Assembly (NCBI GenBank): GCA_002104905.1
Contig: MCFE01000101.1
Span: forward strand, 1-64,000
Reading direction: 5' to 3'
DNA length: 64,000 bases
DNA from: Basidiobolus meristosporus CBS 931.73
Lineage: Eukaryota > Fungi > Basidiobolomycota
Shown: piece after piece, positions 39,771 through 53,100 of the stretch
Position numbering within the stretch: the stretch's first letter is position 1
Layout of the letters: each line of letters opens with the position of its first letter
Made by a program: the position numbers and the translations under genes
The notes under the pieces: model-generated
The model's input: only the letters and a program-made list of their open reading frames with translations
Database searches by the model: none
What the model was told of the DNA's origin: nothing

Positions 39771-42700
39771 ATGTCTACTACTTCTATTACTGGACTTTTT
39801 CCCTCTGTGGAAAAGTTGGATGGATCTAACTACCAAGTGTGGAAGGTGAAGATGAAGATGCTGCTATAAGAAAGAGGCCTTTGGGATATTGTCATGGGAG
39901 AAGAATGCCCTCCCAAAAACGTGGGAGAGGAAGCCTTAAAGTACCAGAAGAAAGAACAAAGTGCCTTTAACTGTATTTGCCTTAATGTCAAGGACAAATT
40001 GCTAATTCAATGCTCAAGAGCAAAAAAAGCAAAGAATGCCTGGAAGGCATTAGAAGACACGTACCAGTCATGTTCAGCTGCCAAGAAGATGTATCTGAGA
40101 CAAAAGTTCTTTACTACAAAGATGCTGCCAGGAGAAGATATGAAAAATCTAATTAACAGAATTACCCTGCTGGTAGATGAGATGGAATCTGTGGGCGTAC
40201 CAACTACTGATGCGGATGTGATAGTTATCATCCTGAATAGCCTGACAGACAAGTTTCAGGGCCTTGTATCAGCCAAAGAGTCCAGAACTGAAGATTTGAC
40301 CTTAAATTATGTATATGGAAGGCTCCTGGATGAAAAATTAAGAAAATCAAGCGCCAATAAGAAGGAAGACGAAAATGCTTTAATAAGCAATGATAACCAA
40401 CAAAGGAGGTACCCAAGACCCTACAAAGGCAACAGCAACCTATTTTGCAACTACTGCAAAAGGAAAGGACACACATCAGACCGGTGTCTCAAAAAGAGAG
40501 ATTATCAGCAAAAGAAGCCTGAATATAGAAATGCTGCAACAACTGAAGATAGACTATTCATATCTGCACTTGATATGACCACAAACAAGGATTCTCAGAC
40601 GTGGTATATTGACTTTGGAGCTTCTCAACACTTTACACACCAAAAAGAACTTTTTACCCAATATCAAGAAATTCCAATTAAGAAGGTTTTCATGGGTGAC
40701 AATAGAACACTTGATGCAGTGGGAGAAGGAACTATCCAAGTAAACCTTAGAGGCAGTGAAGGAAGCCATACACTGACCTTTAAAGAAGTACTCTATGTAC
40801 CAGAAATAGCCAAGAACCTACTCTCTGTAAGCAAGGCCACAGCAGAAGGACTCAGCTTCAGTTTTGACAATTCTGGATGCAGGATCACTGATCAAAATGG
40901 TGCCCATATTGCTTTGGGCATCAGAGATCAGAATCTATACAAGTTGACTTATATTCCATCATATTTGGAAGCTAATATAAGTCACTTAAATGAAGAAACA
41001 CCAATGCTTTGGCACAGGAGATTTGGACACATCAATTTTGATTATTTGCGTAAAATGATCAAAGATCAGCTAATTTCTGGAGTGAAAATTGATCCCCCAG
41101 CTAATTTGGAGCACTGTGAAGCCTGCATATATGGGAAACAAGCCAGACAACCATTCAAGAGCTCTGGGTCAATCAAAATTAAGAAAAAATTAGATCTAAT
41201 TCACTCAGATCTGTGTGGACCTATGCAAAATTTATCCTTAGGTGGGATGAAGTACTTAATCACTTTTATTGATGATTATACAAGATACACATGGGTCTAC
41301 TTCATGGAGAGAAAGGAAGAAGCTCTGTCTAAGCTCAGGGAGTTTAAAGCCATGGTGGAGAGAGAAACTGGTGAAAAAATCAAGAAAATACGCTCTGACA
41401 ATGGTGGAGAATATACCTCAAAACTCTTCATCCACTTCTGCAAAATTCATGGGATAAAGCAAGAGACTACTGTACCATACTCCCCACAGCAAAATGGAGT
41501 AGCAGAACAAGCTAACAGATCAATAATTGATATGGCAAGATCTATGATCCATGATCAAAAATTATCCTATGATTTTTGGACAGAATAAGTTGCCACTGCT
41601 GTATACCTTAAAAATAGGAGTTATAACAGAATACTTTGTGATTCTACTCCATTTGAAGCATGGTATGGATACAGACCAAGTGCAGAACATCTAAGAATAT
41701 TTGGGTGTACAGCATATGCCAAAAAACTGGCCAGAAATCAGTCAAAATCTGAGCCAAAAAGTGCAAAATGTATATTTTTGGGCTACTGCAATGAGAGTAA
41801 GGCATACAGACTCTACAATACCAAAGCAAAGAAGCTTATCAAGTCCAGGAATGTGTTGTTTGATGAAAATGCAAAATTTTCACAAAAAATGACATCAGAT
41901 GATGACAAAAATTTGATCTCAAGTCCACCAATTGTCAGGATTGAATCAGAGCAAAACAATGAGCATTTTTTTACTCCAGAGGACTCTACAACCGTGGTTC
42001 AGCCAGAATCAGTGCCCAGGAATATCCCAGAAGTGATCATTCCAGTATCAAATGCCCGGAGATCAAATTGAACAAGAAATAGCCCATATTACTATACCAA
42101 TGGGGGTACAAACTTAGCCTACACCTATTCAGTCCATATTGATGAACTCCAGACTGTAAAAGAGGCCCTAAATAGCCCTCAGACAAAGTATTGGAGGTCA
42201 GCAATGACTGAGGAATATCAGGCACTGATGGATAATCAAACTTGGGACTTAGTCAAATTACCAATCAACCAAAAATCAATTGGATGCAGATGGGTCTTCA
42301 AGACAAAATACAAGGCTGATGGTACAGTTGAAAGATACAAAGCAAGACTTGTAGCCAAAGGATACTCTCAAACAAAAGGACTTGACTATACTGAGACCTT
42401 TGCACTGGTAGCCAAGTTTAATTCCATTAGATTAATATTGGCTATTGCAGCCAAATATAGGTTTTTTATTCATCAAATGGATATAAAAGCTGCATTTTTG
42501 TATGGAGAACTTGATGAGGAAGTGTATATGGACCAGCCTGATGGGTTTGTTGACCAAGATAACCCCCATTTGGTCTGCAAGCTTAAAAAGTCACTATATG
42601 GTCTCAAACAATCACCAAGAGCCTGGAATTGCAAGATAGATTCTTATTTGGAATCCTTGAGTTTCAAAAGAAGTAATGCTGACTATAGTATATACTATAA

Positions 42701-43716
42701 GCCAGATAGAGCAAATCCAGTTCTATTAGCTCTATATGTGGATGATCTTATTATAGCCGCCAATAACCTAGAAACATTGGAAGAGACTAAATCCAGCCTA
42801 TCTAAGGAGTTCAAGATGTCTGATTTAGGAGAACTTGGTTACTACTTAGGGATTAAGTTCTCCATAGACAGAAGTACCCAGACTATTACCCTATGCCAAT
42901 CCAAGTATATTCATGATATACTAAAGAAGTACAAAATGGAAGACTGTAAACCGGCAGCTACCCCAAAGGAGACAAACCTTATCTTGGTCAAAACTCAACC
43001 AAATCAAGAGAGCTTGGTGCCATCTGAAAGCCCTGACTTTCCTTATCAATCTATGGTCGGCAGTCTGATGTATATCATGCTTGGAGCATGTCCAGATATC
43101 TCATATTCAGTGGGAGTTGTCAGCCAACATAATCAGAACTATGGATCTGATCATATTGCAGCAGTTAAGCGGATTTTTTAGATACCTAAAAGGAACTGCT
43201 GATATTTGCTTAAGATACACTTATAAGGACTCAGAACAAGATCTTGTGGGATACTCTGATGCAGATTGGGGACGAAATTTAGAAGACAGAAGATCCACCA
43301 CAGGATACACCTTTCTTTATTGTAAAGGAGCAATTTCATGGAATTCAAGAAAGCAACCAACCGTAGCACTTTCCACCACAGAGGCAGAGTATATGGCAGC
43401 CTGTGAAGCTACAAAAGAAGCAATGTGGTTAAGAAAGCTGTTTACAGATTTAGGCCTATGTCAAAAAACGCCTATTACTTTATTTCAAGATAATCAAGGA
43501 TGTATACAATTAGGTAGAAATCCAACTTTTCATGCTAGAACCAAGCACATAGATATTAGACATCATTTCATACGTGAAGCTATAGAGAATAACTTAGTTA
43601 GCTTAGTTTACTGTCCTACAGATGAAATGATTGCAGACATATTTACCAAACCATTAGCTAGAGACAAGTTTGAATATCTTAGGTCGAAATTAGGACTAGT
43701 CAGTATGACCATTTAG
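39771..43716 (+). pseudogene. Copia A gag-pol with TAA 39867-39869, TAA 41586-41588, TGA 42069-42071 and an extra T near 43175
   Basis: LDGSNYQVW (DUF4219-like), CNYCKRKGHTSDRC knuckle, WYIDFGAS (protease DSG to DFG), WHRRFGH, HSDLCGP, RSDNGGEY, YVDD, GYSDADWG. Confidence 0.93.
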
Positions 43717-44149
43717 CTGAGTGGGAGTGTTGTAAAAATTTGTATTTCCATCTAAATATTCACATAACTTAGTCACTTAGATCATTGCCTTCAAATCCTA
43801 GAGAATACTGACCAAATTCCTTGTTGGGATTTACTTAGAATATTTTCACCAAAATACCAGGTACCCAGAACATGAAAATTCTCAAAGCTGTCCAAACAGC
43901 CCCAAACTTTGCACACATGTTCTTGGGACCTTCCTTGACCTATTCTACGTGTTTGTAATGCCAAGACCAGGTAAAAGTATAAATACTACTTTTACATTCA
44001 ATAAATCATTAAGTGAAAACCACATAATCTACTTGTTCTCCAAATCACTTCCAATATCTCCAAGACTCTTACAACAGAACCTCCACCACTACTATTGGAG
44101 CCCTCCTCCTACTGAAAGTCTGGATAGAGTAGGTCACAATAATAAGAAG

Positions 44150-44670
44150 ATGAGTCTCATTCAGCTTCAGAAGTTGTAGCATAATTGCTATTCATGGATT
44201 ATAGATTTTGTCATAGCAATTTTGCATTGGTTTATACATTCCAACCCTTCAATTTGCTGTGAGGAGGATGGTGCAGTTGTATCTTCCTTAACTCCTTGGA
44301 TGTTGCAGAAGCACATGAAGGGCTCCAAGAAATATATTCCACCATTTGCAGAGCATATTCTCAGGATTTCTAAGTCAGCTTCTTTCTCCACCATGTCTTT
44401 TGAACCTTCTCAACTAGCATAGTGTTTGTTCCTTTTGCTCCATGAAGCAGACCCACATGCATCTTGTATAATTGCCAATAAATGTGGTCCAATAACCTTT
44501 TGTCACACAACACATCTTGTATAGGCCTCCAGCTATCTGAGTGAATGGGATCCAATTTCTCTTGGTTTTGATTAGCCCAGAGCTCTTGAACAGTTGTGTA
44601 GCTTGTTTCCCACATATATGCAGGCTTTGCAGTGCTCCAAATCGGCTAGTGGTGCAATTCTTACTCTAGA
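44150..44670 (-). mobile_element. Old inverted fragment of the same copia family (pre-integrase/integrase)
   Basis: Reverse complement aligns by eye to A 41090-41590 (gatttggagcactgcaaagcctgcatatat...caagagctctggg); degenerate RICSANGGIYF. Confidence 0.75.
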
Positions 44671-44699
44671 CCCAAATGAAAAATAATTGTAACAATCCT

Positions 44700-44930
44700 G
44701 TCAAAAGGCCATCAAATTATTTAAATCTCACAGCTAAGAGGTATTGATGTGTCAGGACACTGCCCAATAACTGTTGGGAAAAATGCACCCCAGATTTCAA
44801 AAAAAAAACCTCACAATTGTTCATCATATCAAACACTAAGTTGCTTTTGACTGGTTCTTGGCCATTTCACTCCCTCTCTGATCCCAGATGCTCAATCATT
44901 GCCTAAATTTGTGTGCATTGACTATTGCCT
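44700..44930 (+). repeat. Non-coding segment, inverted homolog of 53600-53838
   Basis: tcaaaaggccatca...gaggtattgatgtgtcaggacact...tgcaccccagatttca matches the reverse complement of 53600-53838 at roughly 70% by eye. Confidence 0.7.
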
Positions 44931-46733
44931 CACTGGCCAATGCATCCAATTGCCTTATAAGGCAGGAAAATTGCCAGTATTCTGACAGCCTCATTGCAAA
45001 ACTTTGCTGGCATTATAAAGGTATTACAGCTGCCTACAGCTAGTTCTGCATAATGCTACCTTACCTACCTACCAAGTGCTATTTTCTTTTTCTACCTCCC
45101 CTTATGTTGCTCATATATTCTGCGGTAGAATCACCCTTCCTTATTTGCTACCCCCTACCACCTTGGGTATTCCACCTATAGTTTGAATCAAACAAAATTA
45201 TGGCCTCATGCTTACTAAGCACTACACAAACACACATGTGCTGTAATTGACATACTTTTATCACCTTAACTTTACGGCTTTTCAGTGTGATACTTGCAAA
45301 GCTGCCATATACCTTGTATTGCCAGTAACATATACAACTTGCAAGCATATGCTTGGTTGCCATTGCTTTGCCATTAATACCTCCTGAGTATCTGCAAAGA
45401 ACTTCTGGGTATTTACCTAATATATTACTTCTCCCTGCTGGATTCTAGTCTCCCCTATAGGTGCACTCTGGCTCTTGTTTGAGTGAATTCCATACTGAAT
45501 GGTGTAGAAATTGGCTTGTGACCAAGAGAAACCCAGCATACTTTGGTAAAGTTGTCCTAACTAAAATTAGTTGCTTGTTGTGTCCAGCACAAAAGTTGAA
45601 CCCAATAAAGATAATTTGGTCCTGCAGGTGGATCTGATCCAGATTAGCTGTGAAGATCCTGCCATGAGTCTGTCATAATGCCAGTAGCTTGGAATCATTG
45701 ACCCTCCAGGAGATCTTATGACAATATCAAGACCACATTGCAGTATATTCACAGCAACATCTATTGACAGATATTCTAATTCAAATATTTTTTACTTCCC
45801 TGTTGCTCTACTGCCCATATTTTAGTTTGATCCCTGTTGTCATATCTGATCAGTATTCCCCCATAAGCTGGCTAACCATGATACTTGCTTATTTATAGCA
45901 TAGGTTGTCCCTCACTTTGTGTCAGATAACTAGGTGTAAGTGCTTCTCTATTAGGAAAGTACCCATGCCAGGACTGGTGACACATGATAAAACCATGTCA
46001 CCATCCCTACAATTCTCATTCCATTTATGGTATCCCTATGTTATACATGTTTCAGAATATCAATCCTTCATTGGTTGGATGTGCTGAGCCTCTTAGAACC
46101 TTTCAGCATTGACTTAGAGCATTTCTAGCTCATTCTGATGTCAATGAGATTTCAACTGATCTCCAAAACCTTCTGTACCACCATAGTTAGTAATCACTTC
46201 CACAAAAGTATTCAATGGAGTCAATCTCCCAACAATAAAACATCATCCCTTTTCTCAATATACCAACATGTTGATTAGTGTGATCCCTGCTACCTGATCC
46301 TACCTGAACTTCTAATCCCAGACCTTGGACACTCTCAGGAAACTGCACTGACAGCCAGCTGACTGTGGAGGCACTACCTGTGAGGAATACTCAGATTAGA
46401 CATCTTTTACTCTATTTGATTCTTTCAAAGTTTGCTCTTGTCCATGCAGAGATACTTTTCTGTCTTTGTTACTATTGACCACAACTGCATTCTTATCAAG
46501 TCCCTGCTGGTGGAGTTTTCAGCTATTGTGACTTTGAAAGCTTTAGTACATTGTCATCTCAAAGGATACTGAACCCAGCATATACCTTTGTTAAGAAGCC
46601 AACTAAGTTGGAGATTGTAGCTCAAAAGCTTCCCCTTGACATGCTTGTGGCTTTATTCCCCTTCAGAATAGAGTAGAGACAGAACCCAAATATTCCTAGA
46701 AAGCTTTTGCCATAGGTTACTGAACCCAGTGAG

Positions 46734-49700
46734 TGTTGTAAAAATTTGTAATTCCACCTAAATATTCACCTAACTTAGTCACTTAGATCATTGCCCTCAA
46801 ATCCTAGAGAATACTGACCAAATTCCTTGTTGGGATATACTTAGAATATTTTCACCAAAATATCAGGTACCCAGAACATGAAAATTCTCAAAGTTGTCCA
46901 AACAGCCCCAAGCTTTGCACACATTTTCTTAGGACCTTCCTAAACCTATTCTACGTGTTTGTAGTGCCAAGACCAGGTAAAAGTATAAATACTACTTTTA
47001 CATTCAATAAATTATTAAGTGAAAACCACATAATCTACTTGTCCTCCCAATCACTTCCAATATCTTCAAGACTCTTACAACAGGTTATGAGCCCCAAGCT
47101 GTCACTCTCTGCAATGTCTACTACTGCTATTACTGGATTTTCCCTCTGCTGAAACGTTGGATGGATCTATCTACCAAGTGTGGAAGGTGAAGATGAAGAT
47201 GCTGCAATAAGAAAGAGGCCTTTGGGATATTGTCAGGGGAGAAAAATACCCTCCTAAAAGCATGGGAGAGGAAGCCTTAAGTACCAGAAGAAAGAACAAA
47301 GTGCCTTTAACTGCATTTGCCTTAATGTCAAGGACAAATTGCTAATTCAATGCTCAAGAGCAAAAACAGCAAAGAATGCCTGGAAAGCATTAGAAGACAC
47401 CTACCAGTCATGTTCAGCTGCCAAGAAGATGTATCTGAGACAAAAGTTCTTTACTACAAAGATGCTGCCAGGTGAAGAAATGAAAAATCTAATTAACAGA
47501 ATTACCCTGCTGGTAGATGAGATGGAATCTGTGGGTGTACCAACTACTGATGAGGATGTGATAGTTACCATCCTGAATAGCCTGACAGACAAGTTTCAGG
47601 GCTTTGTATCAGCCCTAGAGTCCAGAACTGAAGATTTGACCTTAAATTATGTATATGGAAGGCTCCTGGATGAAGAATTAAGAAAATCAAGCGCCAATAA
47701 GAAGGATCAAGAAAAAGCTTTAATAAGCAATGATAACCAACAAAGGAGGTACCCAAGATCCTACAAAGGCAACAGAAACCTGTTTTGTAACTACTGCAAA
47801 AGGAAAGGACGCACATCAGACCGGTGTCTCAAAAAGAAACATAATCAGCAAAAGAAGCCTGAATATGGAAATGCTGCAACAACTGAAGATAGACTATTCA
47901 TATCTGCACTAAATATGACCACAAATAAGGATTCTCAGATGTGGTATATTGACTCTGGAGCATCTCAACTCTTTACACATCAAAAAGAACTTATTACCCA
48001 ATATCAAGAAATTACAATTAAGAAGGTTTTCATGGGTGACAATAAAACACTTGATTCAGTGGGAGAAGGAACTATCCAAGTAAACCTTAGAGGCAGTGAA
48101 GGAAGCCATACACTGACCTTTAAAGAAGTACTCTATGTACCAGAAATAGCCAAGAACCTACTCTCTGTAAGCAAGGCCACAGCAGAAGGACTCAGCTTCA
48201 GTTTTGACAATTCTGGATGCAGGATCACTGATCAAAATGGTTCCCATATTGCTTTGGGCATCAGAGATCAGAATCTATACAAGTTGACTTATATTCCATC
48301 ATATTTGGAAGCCAATATAAGTCACTTAAATGAAGAAACACCAATGCTTTGGCACAGGAGATTTGGGCACATCAATTTTGATTATTTGCGCAAAATGATC
48401 AATGATCAGCTAATATCTGAAGTGAAAATTGATCCCCCAGCTAATTTGGAGCACTGTGAAGCCTGCATATATGAGAAACAAGCCAGACAACTGTTCAAGA
48501 ACTCTGGGTTAATCAAAACTAAGAAAAAATTAGATCTAATTCACTCATATCTGTGTGGACCTATGCAAAATATATCATTAGGCAGGATGAAGTATTTAAT
48601 CACTTTTATTGATGATTATACAAGATACACATGGGTATACTTCATGGAGAGAAAGGAAGAAGCTCTCTCTAAGTTCAGGGAGTTTAAGCCATGGTGGAGA
48701 GAGAAACTGGTGAAAAAATTAAGAAAATACACTCTGACAATGGTGGAGAATATACCTGTAAACTCTTCATCCACTTCTGCAAAAATCATGGGATAAAGCA
48801 AGAGACTACTGTACCATGCTCCCCACAGCAAAATGAAGTAGCAGAACGTGCTAACAGATCAATAATTGATATGGCAAGATCTATGATTCATGATCAAAAA
48901 TTATCCTATGATTTTTGGGTGGAATCAGTTGCCACTGCTGAGTACCTTAACAATAGGTGTTATAACAGAATACTGTGTGATTCTACTCCATTTGAAACAT
49001 GGTATGGATACAGACCAAGTGCAGAACATCTAAGAATATATGGGTGTACAGCATATGCCAAAAAACTGGCCAGAATTCAGTCAAAATTTGAGCCAAAAAG
49101 TGTAAAATGCATATTTTTGGGCTACTGCAATAAGAGTAAGGCATACAGACTCTACAATACCAAAGCAAAGAAGCTGATCAAGCCCAGGGATATGTTGTCT
49201 GATGAAAATTTAAAATATTCACAAAAAATGACATCAGATGATGACAAAAATTTGATCTCAAGTCCACCAATTCTCAGGGTTGAATCAGAGCAAAACAATG
49301 AGCATTTTTTTACTCCAGAGGACTCTACAACCGTGGTTCAGCCAGAATCAGTGCCCAGGAATATCCCAGAAGTGATCATTCCAGTATCAAATGGCCAGAG
49401 ATCCAATTGGACAAGAAATAGCCCATATTACTATACCAATGGGGGTACAAACTTAGCCTATGCCTATTCAGTCCATATTGATGAACCCCAGACTGTAAAA
49501 GAGGCCCTAAATAGCCCTCAGACAAAGTCTTGGAGGTCTGCAATGACAGAGGAATATCAGGCCTTGATGGAAAATCAAACTTGGGACTTAGTCACTTTAC
49601 CAATCAACCAAAAATCATTTGGATGCAGATGGGTCTTCAAGACAAAATACAAGGCTGATGGTACAATTGAAAGATACAAAGCAAGACTTGTAGCCAAAGG

Positions 49701-50073
49701 ATACTCTCAAACAGGAAGACTTGACTATACTGAGACCTTTGCACTGGTAGCCAAGTTTAATTCCATCAGATTAACATTGGCTATTGCAGCCAAATATAAG
49801 TTTTTTATTCATCAAATGGATGTAAAAACTGCATTTTTGAATGGGGAACTTGATGAGGACGTGTATATGGACCAGCCTGATGGGTTTGTTGACCAAGATA
49901 ACCCCCATTTGGTCTGCAAGCTTAAGAAGTCACTATATGGTCTCAAACAATCACCAAGAGCCTGGAATTGCAAGATAGATTCATATTTGGAATCTTTGAG
50001 TTTCAAATGGAGTAATGCTGACTATAGTATATACTATAAGTCAGATAGAGCAAATCCAGTTCTATTAGCTCTA
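46734..50073 (+). mobile_element. Copia family A, copy B: 5' LTR 46734-47082, PBS, gag-pol truncated just before YVDD
   Basis: Colinear with copy A; 2-nt deletion early in gag and further frameshifts; similarity stops abruptly after LAL (50073); no 3' LTR. Confidence 0.93.
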
Positions 50074-51194
50074 CCAGAGTTTATCACCTTCTTTGGGGAC
50101 TTCTTGGACCTTTTGCCATAATTCCCCTAACTCACAGTCTTTTGGAGAGGCAATTTCTCCTTTCTTATGGGGGATCCCTGTCCTTTGATCATTTGTATCA
50201 CTATAGGGTAGCCCCCATAGCAAGATGACCCCTTGCACTTGTTCAACCAACTCTTGCAGTGTTTTGCATCCCTGTTGTTCTTAAATGCCCTATGTCTTAT
50301 TTTGTTGTCTAAGCGCATGATGTAATACCTCATGAGCTGTTGTTTGACGTTTTTGTCCTTTGGGAGACATCAAACTTGTTGGAGAAACAGTTCAGTGTAG
50401 GCTTCATAGCACTCACTGCTTTTCTTCTGTGAGGACAGTAGAAGGGCTTTGTAGTGGTATCCTTTGGCATACAGAAAGTGTGTCTTGTAGGCTTCTTCTA
50501 GTGCATCCCAGTTGTCTTTAACTGTTTCTTCTAACCCATAATGCCATTGCCATGCTGACCCTTCCATATGTCTTGTAAACTCCCTCACTTTCTTATTGTT
50601 GTCCCATCCTGCATCAACCGCAACTTTCTCAAACTTATGAAACCACTCAAGGGCTTTCTCTCTCTTTCCCTTGTATGTTTTTAGTTTAATTGTAGTAGTC
50701 ATTACCTCAATTGTGCTTATTTCCGCAGAGACGGCACCAAGTATGTGGGTTATTACTGACTGTACTTGGTGAGTAGGAGAGCTTATAGGTCAAGTCAGTA
50801 CCACTTGGTTCAGAATAGCTTCCAATAGAAGGTAGCAAGGTAATAAAGACTTGTGTTTATTCCATCCCAAATCTTCTTGTCCTCTCACTTGGTTCAATTG
50901 GGTAAATATATATATATCACTTGGGGGCTTAGATAATAGACAATGTGTTATAAAATAGGGGTGTGAACACCTTCCTGTTATGGTAAGTGTTCTAACTAGA
51001 TAAGGGTAGGAATAGGAGGGAGGGCACGTGGGGAATCATAGGGAGGATACCGGGGGACTTTGGGTAGGGCTCTGGGGAGAACTCTTGGGCAAAGAGTGGG
51101 TACTGCATTTAGTACTTACACATAGTACTGTTGTTAGGGGAGATAGGCTCAAGATTTATCAGTGAACCTTCTTTGTCAGAGCTATCACTCTACA
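50074..51194 (-). mobile_element. Truncated Ty3/gypsy element D: LTR 51194-50744, tRNA-His-like PBS 50739-50728, gag 50702-~50100
   Basis: LTR TGT...ACA with TATA then AATAAA on the minus strand; PBS TGGTGCCGTCTC; gag YKGKREKALEWFHKFE...HMEGSAWQWH...WDALEEAY continuing through a TGA at 50370-50372. Confidence 0.8.
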
Positions 51195-53100
51195 TGCCAT
51201 ATTCAGAAGGCTGAGGTGAGCCTAAAGGTGTCACAAACTCACCTGACTCAGTTTGGGCAAGGTGACAAAGACAGCCAGGTACCAATATAGAAGTATCAAC
51301 TGGCTGGCAAGATAATGTTGGTACAGTAGTGACCAATGAAGGGTCAAATATAACTTGGTTGGCAAAGCACCAGCCATGATCCTTGTAATACTTCCTATGC
51401 TGTCTGTGTGCTTCATGGCCAAAAGGCTTGCCACAATAGCCCCATGGTCTTTTTTCTCTTCTCTTATGGGGTTGAGTCCAAGTAGTCTTGTCCATGGGGC
51501 AAACAGTTTGACCTTCAACAATCTAACACTATTACATCACCTTTTAGTCAATACTCATGTGAACTTAAGACAGTCTTGTATTTGAGACATCACACCTACA
51601 TGAATGTAAGATTCAATGATAACCACCATAGTAAGCATTATAAATACAGTTGTGGCACCAAATACACATGTATATGTAACACTATTTCCCCTTTGGTTTG
51701 ACTTACTTCCATATATATGAGGCCAAAAAATGATGCAAAGTTGCCTGGTTCTTGGCCAAACCCCACTGCTGACAGCAACAGAAGAATGGTTGAACAACAG
51801 CTTGCTTTGACATTTGGTGCAACAAGTGGGTATACATCCAAAAAAGGCCCTGTGGACAGTGTGCCCATTGAAGGTAATAATATAGACTCCTCAGGCTCTC
51901 AGTCAAGCAGGCCATTGAGAACCTCTGCGGAGCCACAAGCCGACCATTATGTGCAGGCAGATGAGAATGTAGCAAATGCAGTATGCTCTGTTGAAGATCA
52001 GCAAATGACCATGATAATATCACCACCACCCATATTAGCAAGTATGTTGTCAGCTCATACCAAAGCATTAATGAAGCAATTAGGTGCAGTGGCTGATAGG
52101 ATTGATGCAATAGCCCAGAGAAATCAGGAAGTAGTCCAGATGCAGGATGAGTGGATAATATGTGTAGAGCAATCAATATCCCAGTTAGAGAAAGCAGTAT
52201 CTTTGCTGCAAAGAAGGAACTCAAGTAGCTCAATGTTACAGCCAAGAATTTAGCCATTTTCCAATGTAACAGCAGAGGAACACTGAACAGTCCTTGAAGC
52301 ACAACAACAGTCCCAAAAATAAAGCCCACAGGGAAACCTATCACAGCATGGGAGGGAGACAATGTGGTGTTTCTTCCAAAGCCTAAAAATCAAAAGACAT
52401 TGAAGATCTGTGAAGTTGTTGAGTGCAATAATGAAGAGTGGGCTAATATACAAGAGGCTGTCAGAAGTCTAGCATGCCATCAACTTAAGGCTGGCATACT
52501 ATAGGAGCATCAGGAACTCAAGGCCAAGCAGAATGCACTTGACTTGCTCCATGAGCATTATCCTGGATTCAAGTGGGCAAACAGATTTTGGGCCAGCATT
52601 GGCATGCTAAGAAAGTATCTTAAAAATAGCAGAAACTATCAAAGGCAGAAGAATAAGGGTGCCATGGCTAAAGACCAGCAGCTTCCTCAAGAGCCCATTA
52701 CTAGCAGGGCCAAAAACTCCAGACAAGTGTCAAAGAGACGTCAGGCAGCTGGAAGAGTGTCAATTAAGGACAAGCAGGCAGACATAGATGCACCAGCACA
52801 ACATTTATCAAGGTAAACGTGTAGTACCACTCAAGAAGCACCCAGTCAAAGTAGCAGTGAAGGACCTGGCAGTGATAGAAACCAGCTGCTTTTACAGGAG
52901 CCCATCACAACTACGGTTGAGAGCTCAAAACAAGCTGAAAAGAAATGTCAGGTCACCCAAAGAGTGCCAGCAAGGGACAAGCAGGCCAAAACAGATGTGT
53001 CAGAGCAAAATTTATCCAGGAGAAAATAGACTTGTTCTGTTGGATAGTGCCACATTGAGCCATAAGTGTCAAATGATGCCATAGAGTGCCAGAGAGGCCA
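51195..53100 (+). repeat. Unclassified decayed coding repeat, copy 1 (coiled-coil plus helical W..IQ..VR...YP.F...WA...ML..YLKN domain)
   Basis: 51930-52830 aligns with 57850-58740 at roughly 70%; 52270-52410 with the reverse complement of 56046-56170; 51195-51295 with the reverse complement of 55779-55882. Confidence 0.75.

Larger units (their letters stand above)
39391..44076 (+). mobile_element. Full-length Ty1/copia LTR retrotransposon, copy A (4686 bp), TSD GAACC
   Basis: 349-bp LTRs at 39391-39739 and 43728-44076 with 4 mismatches by eye; PBS 39740-39751; PPT-like GAGTGGGAG 43719-43727; GAACC on both flanks; order gag-PR-IN-RT-RH. Confidence 0.97.
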
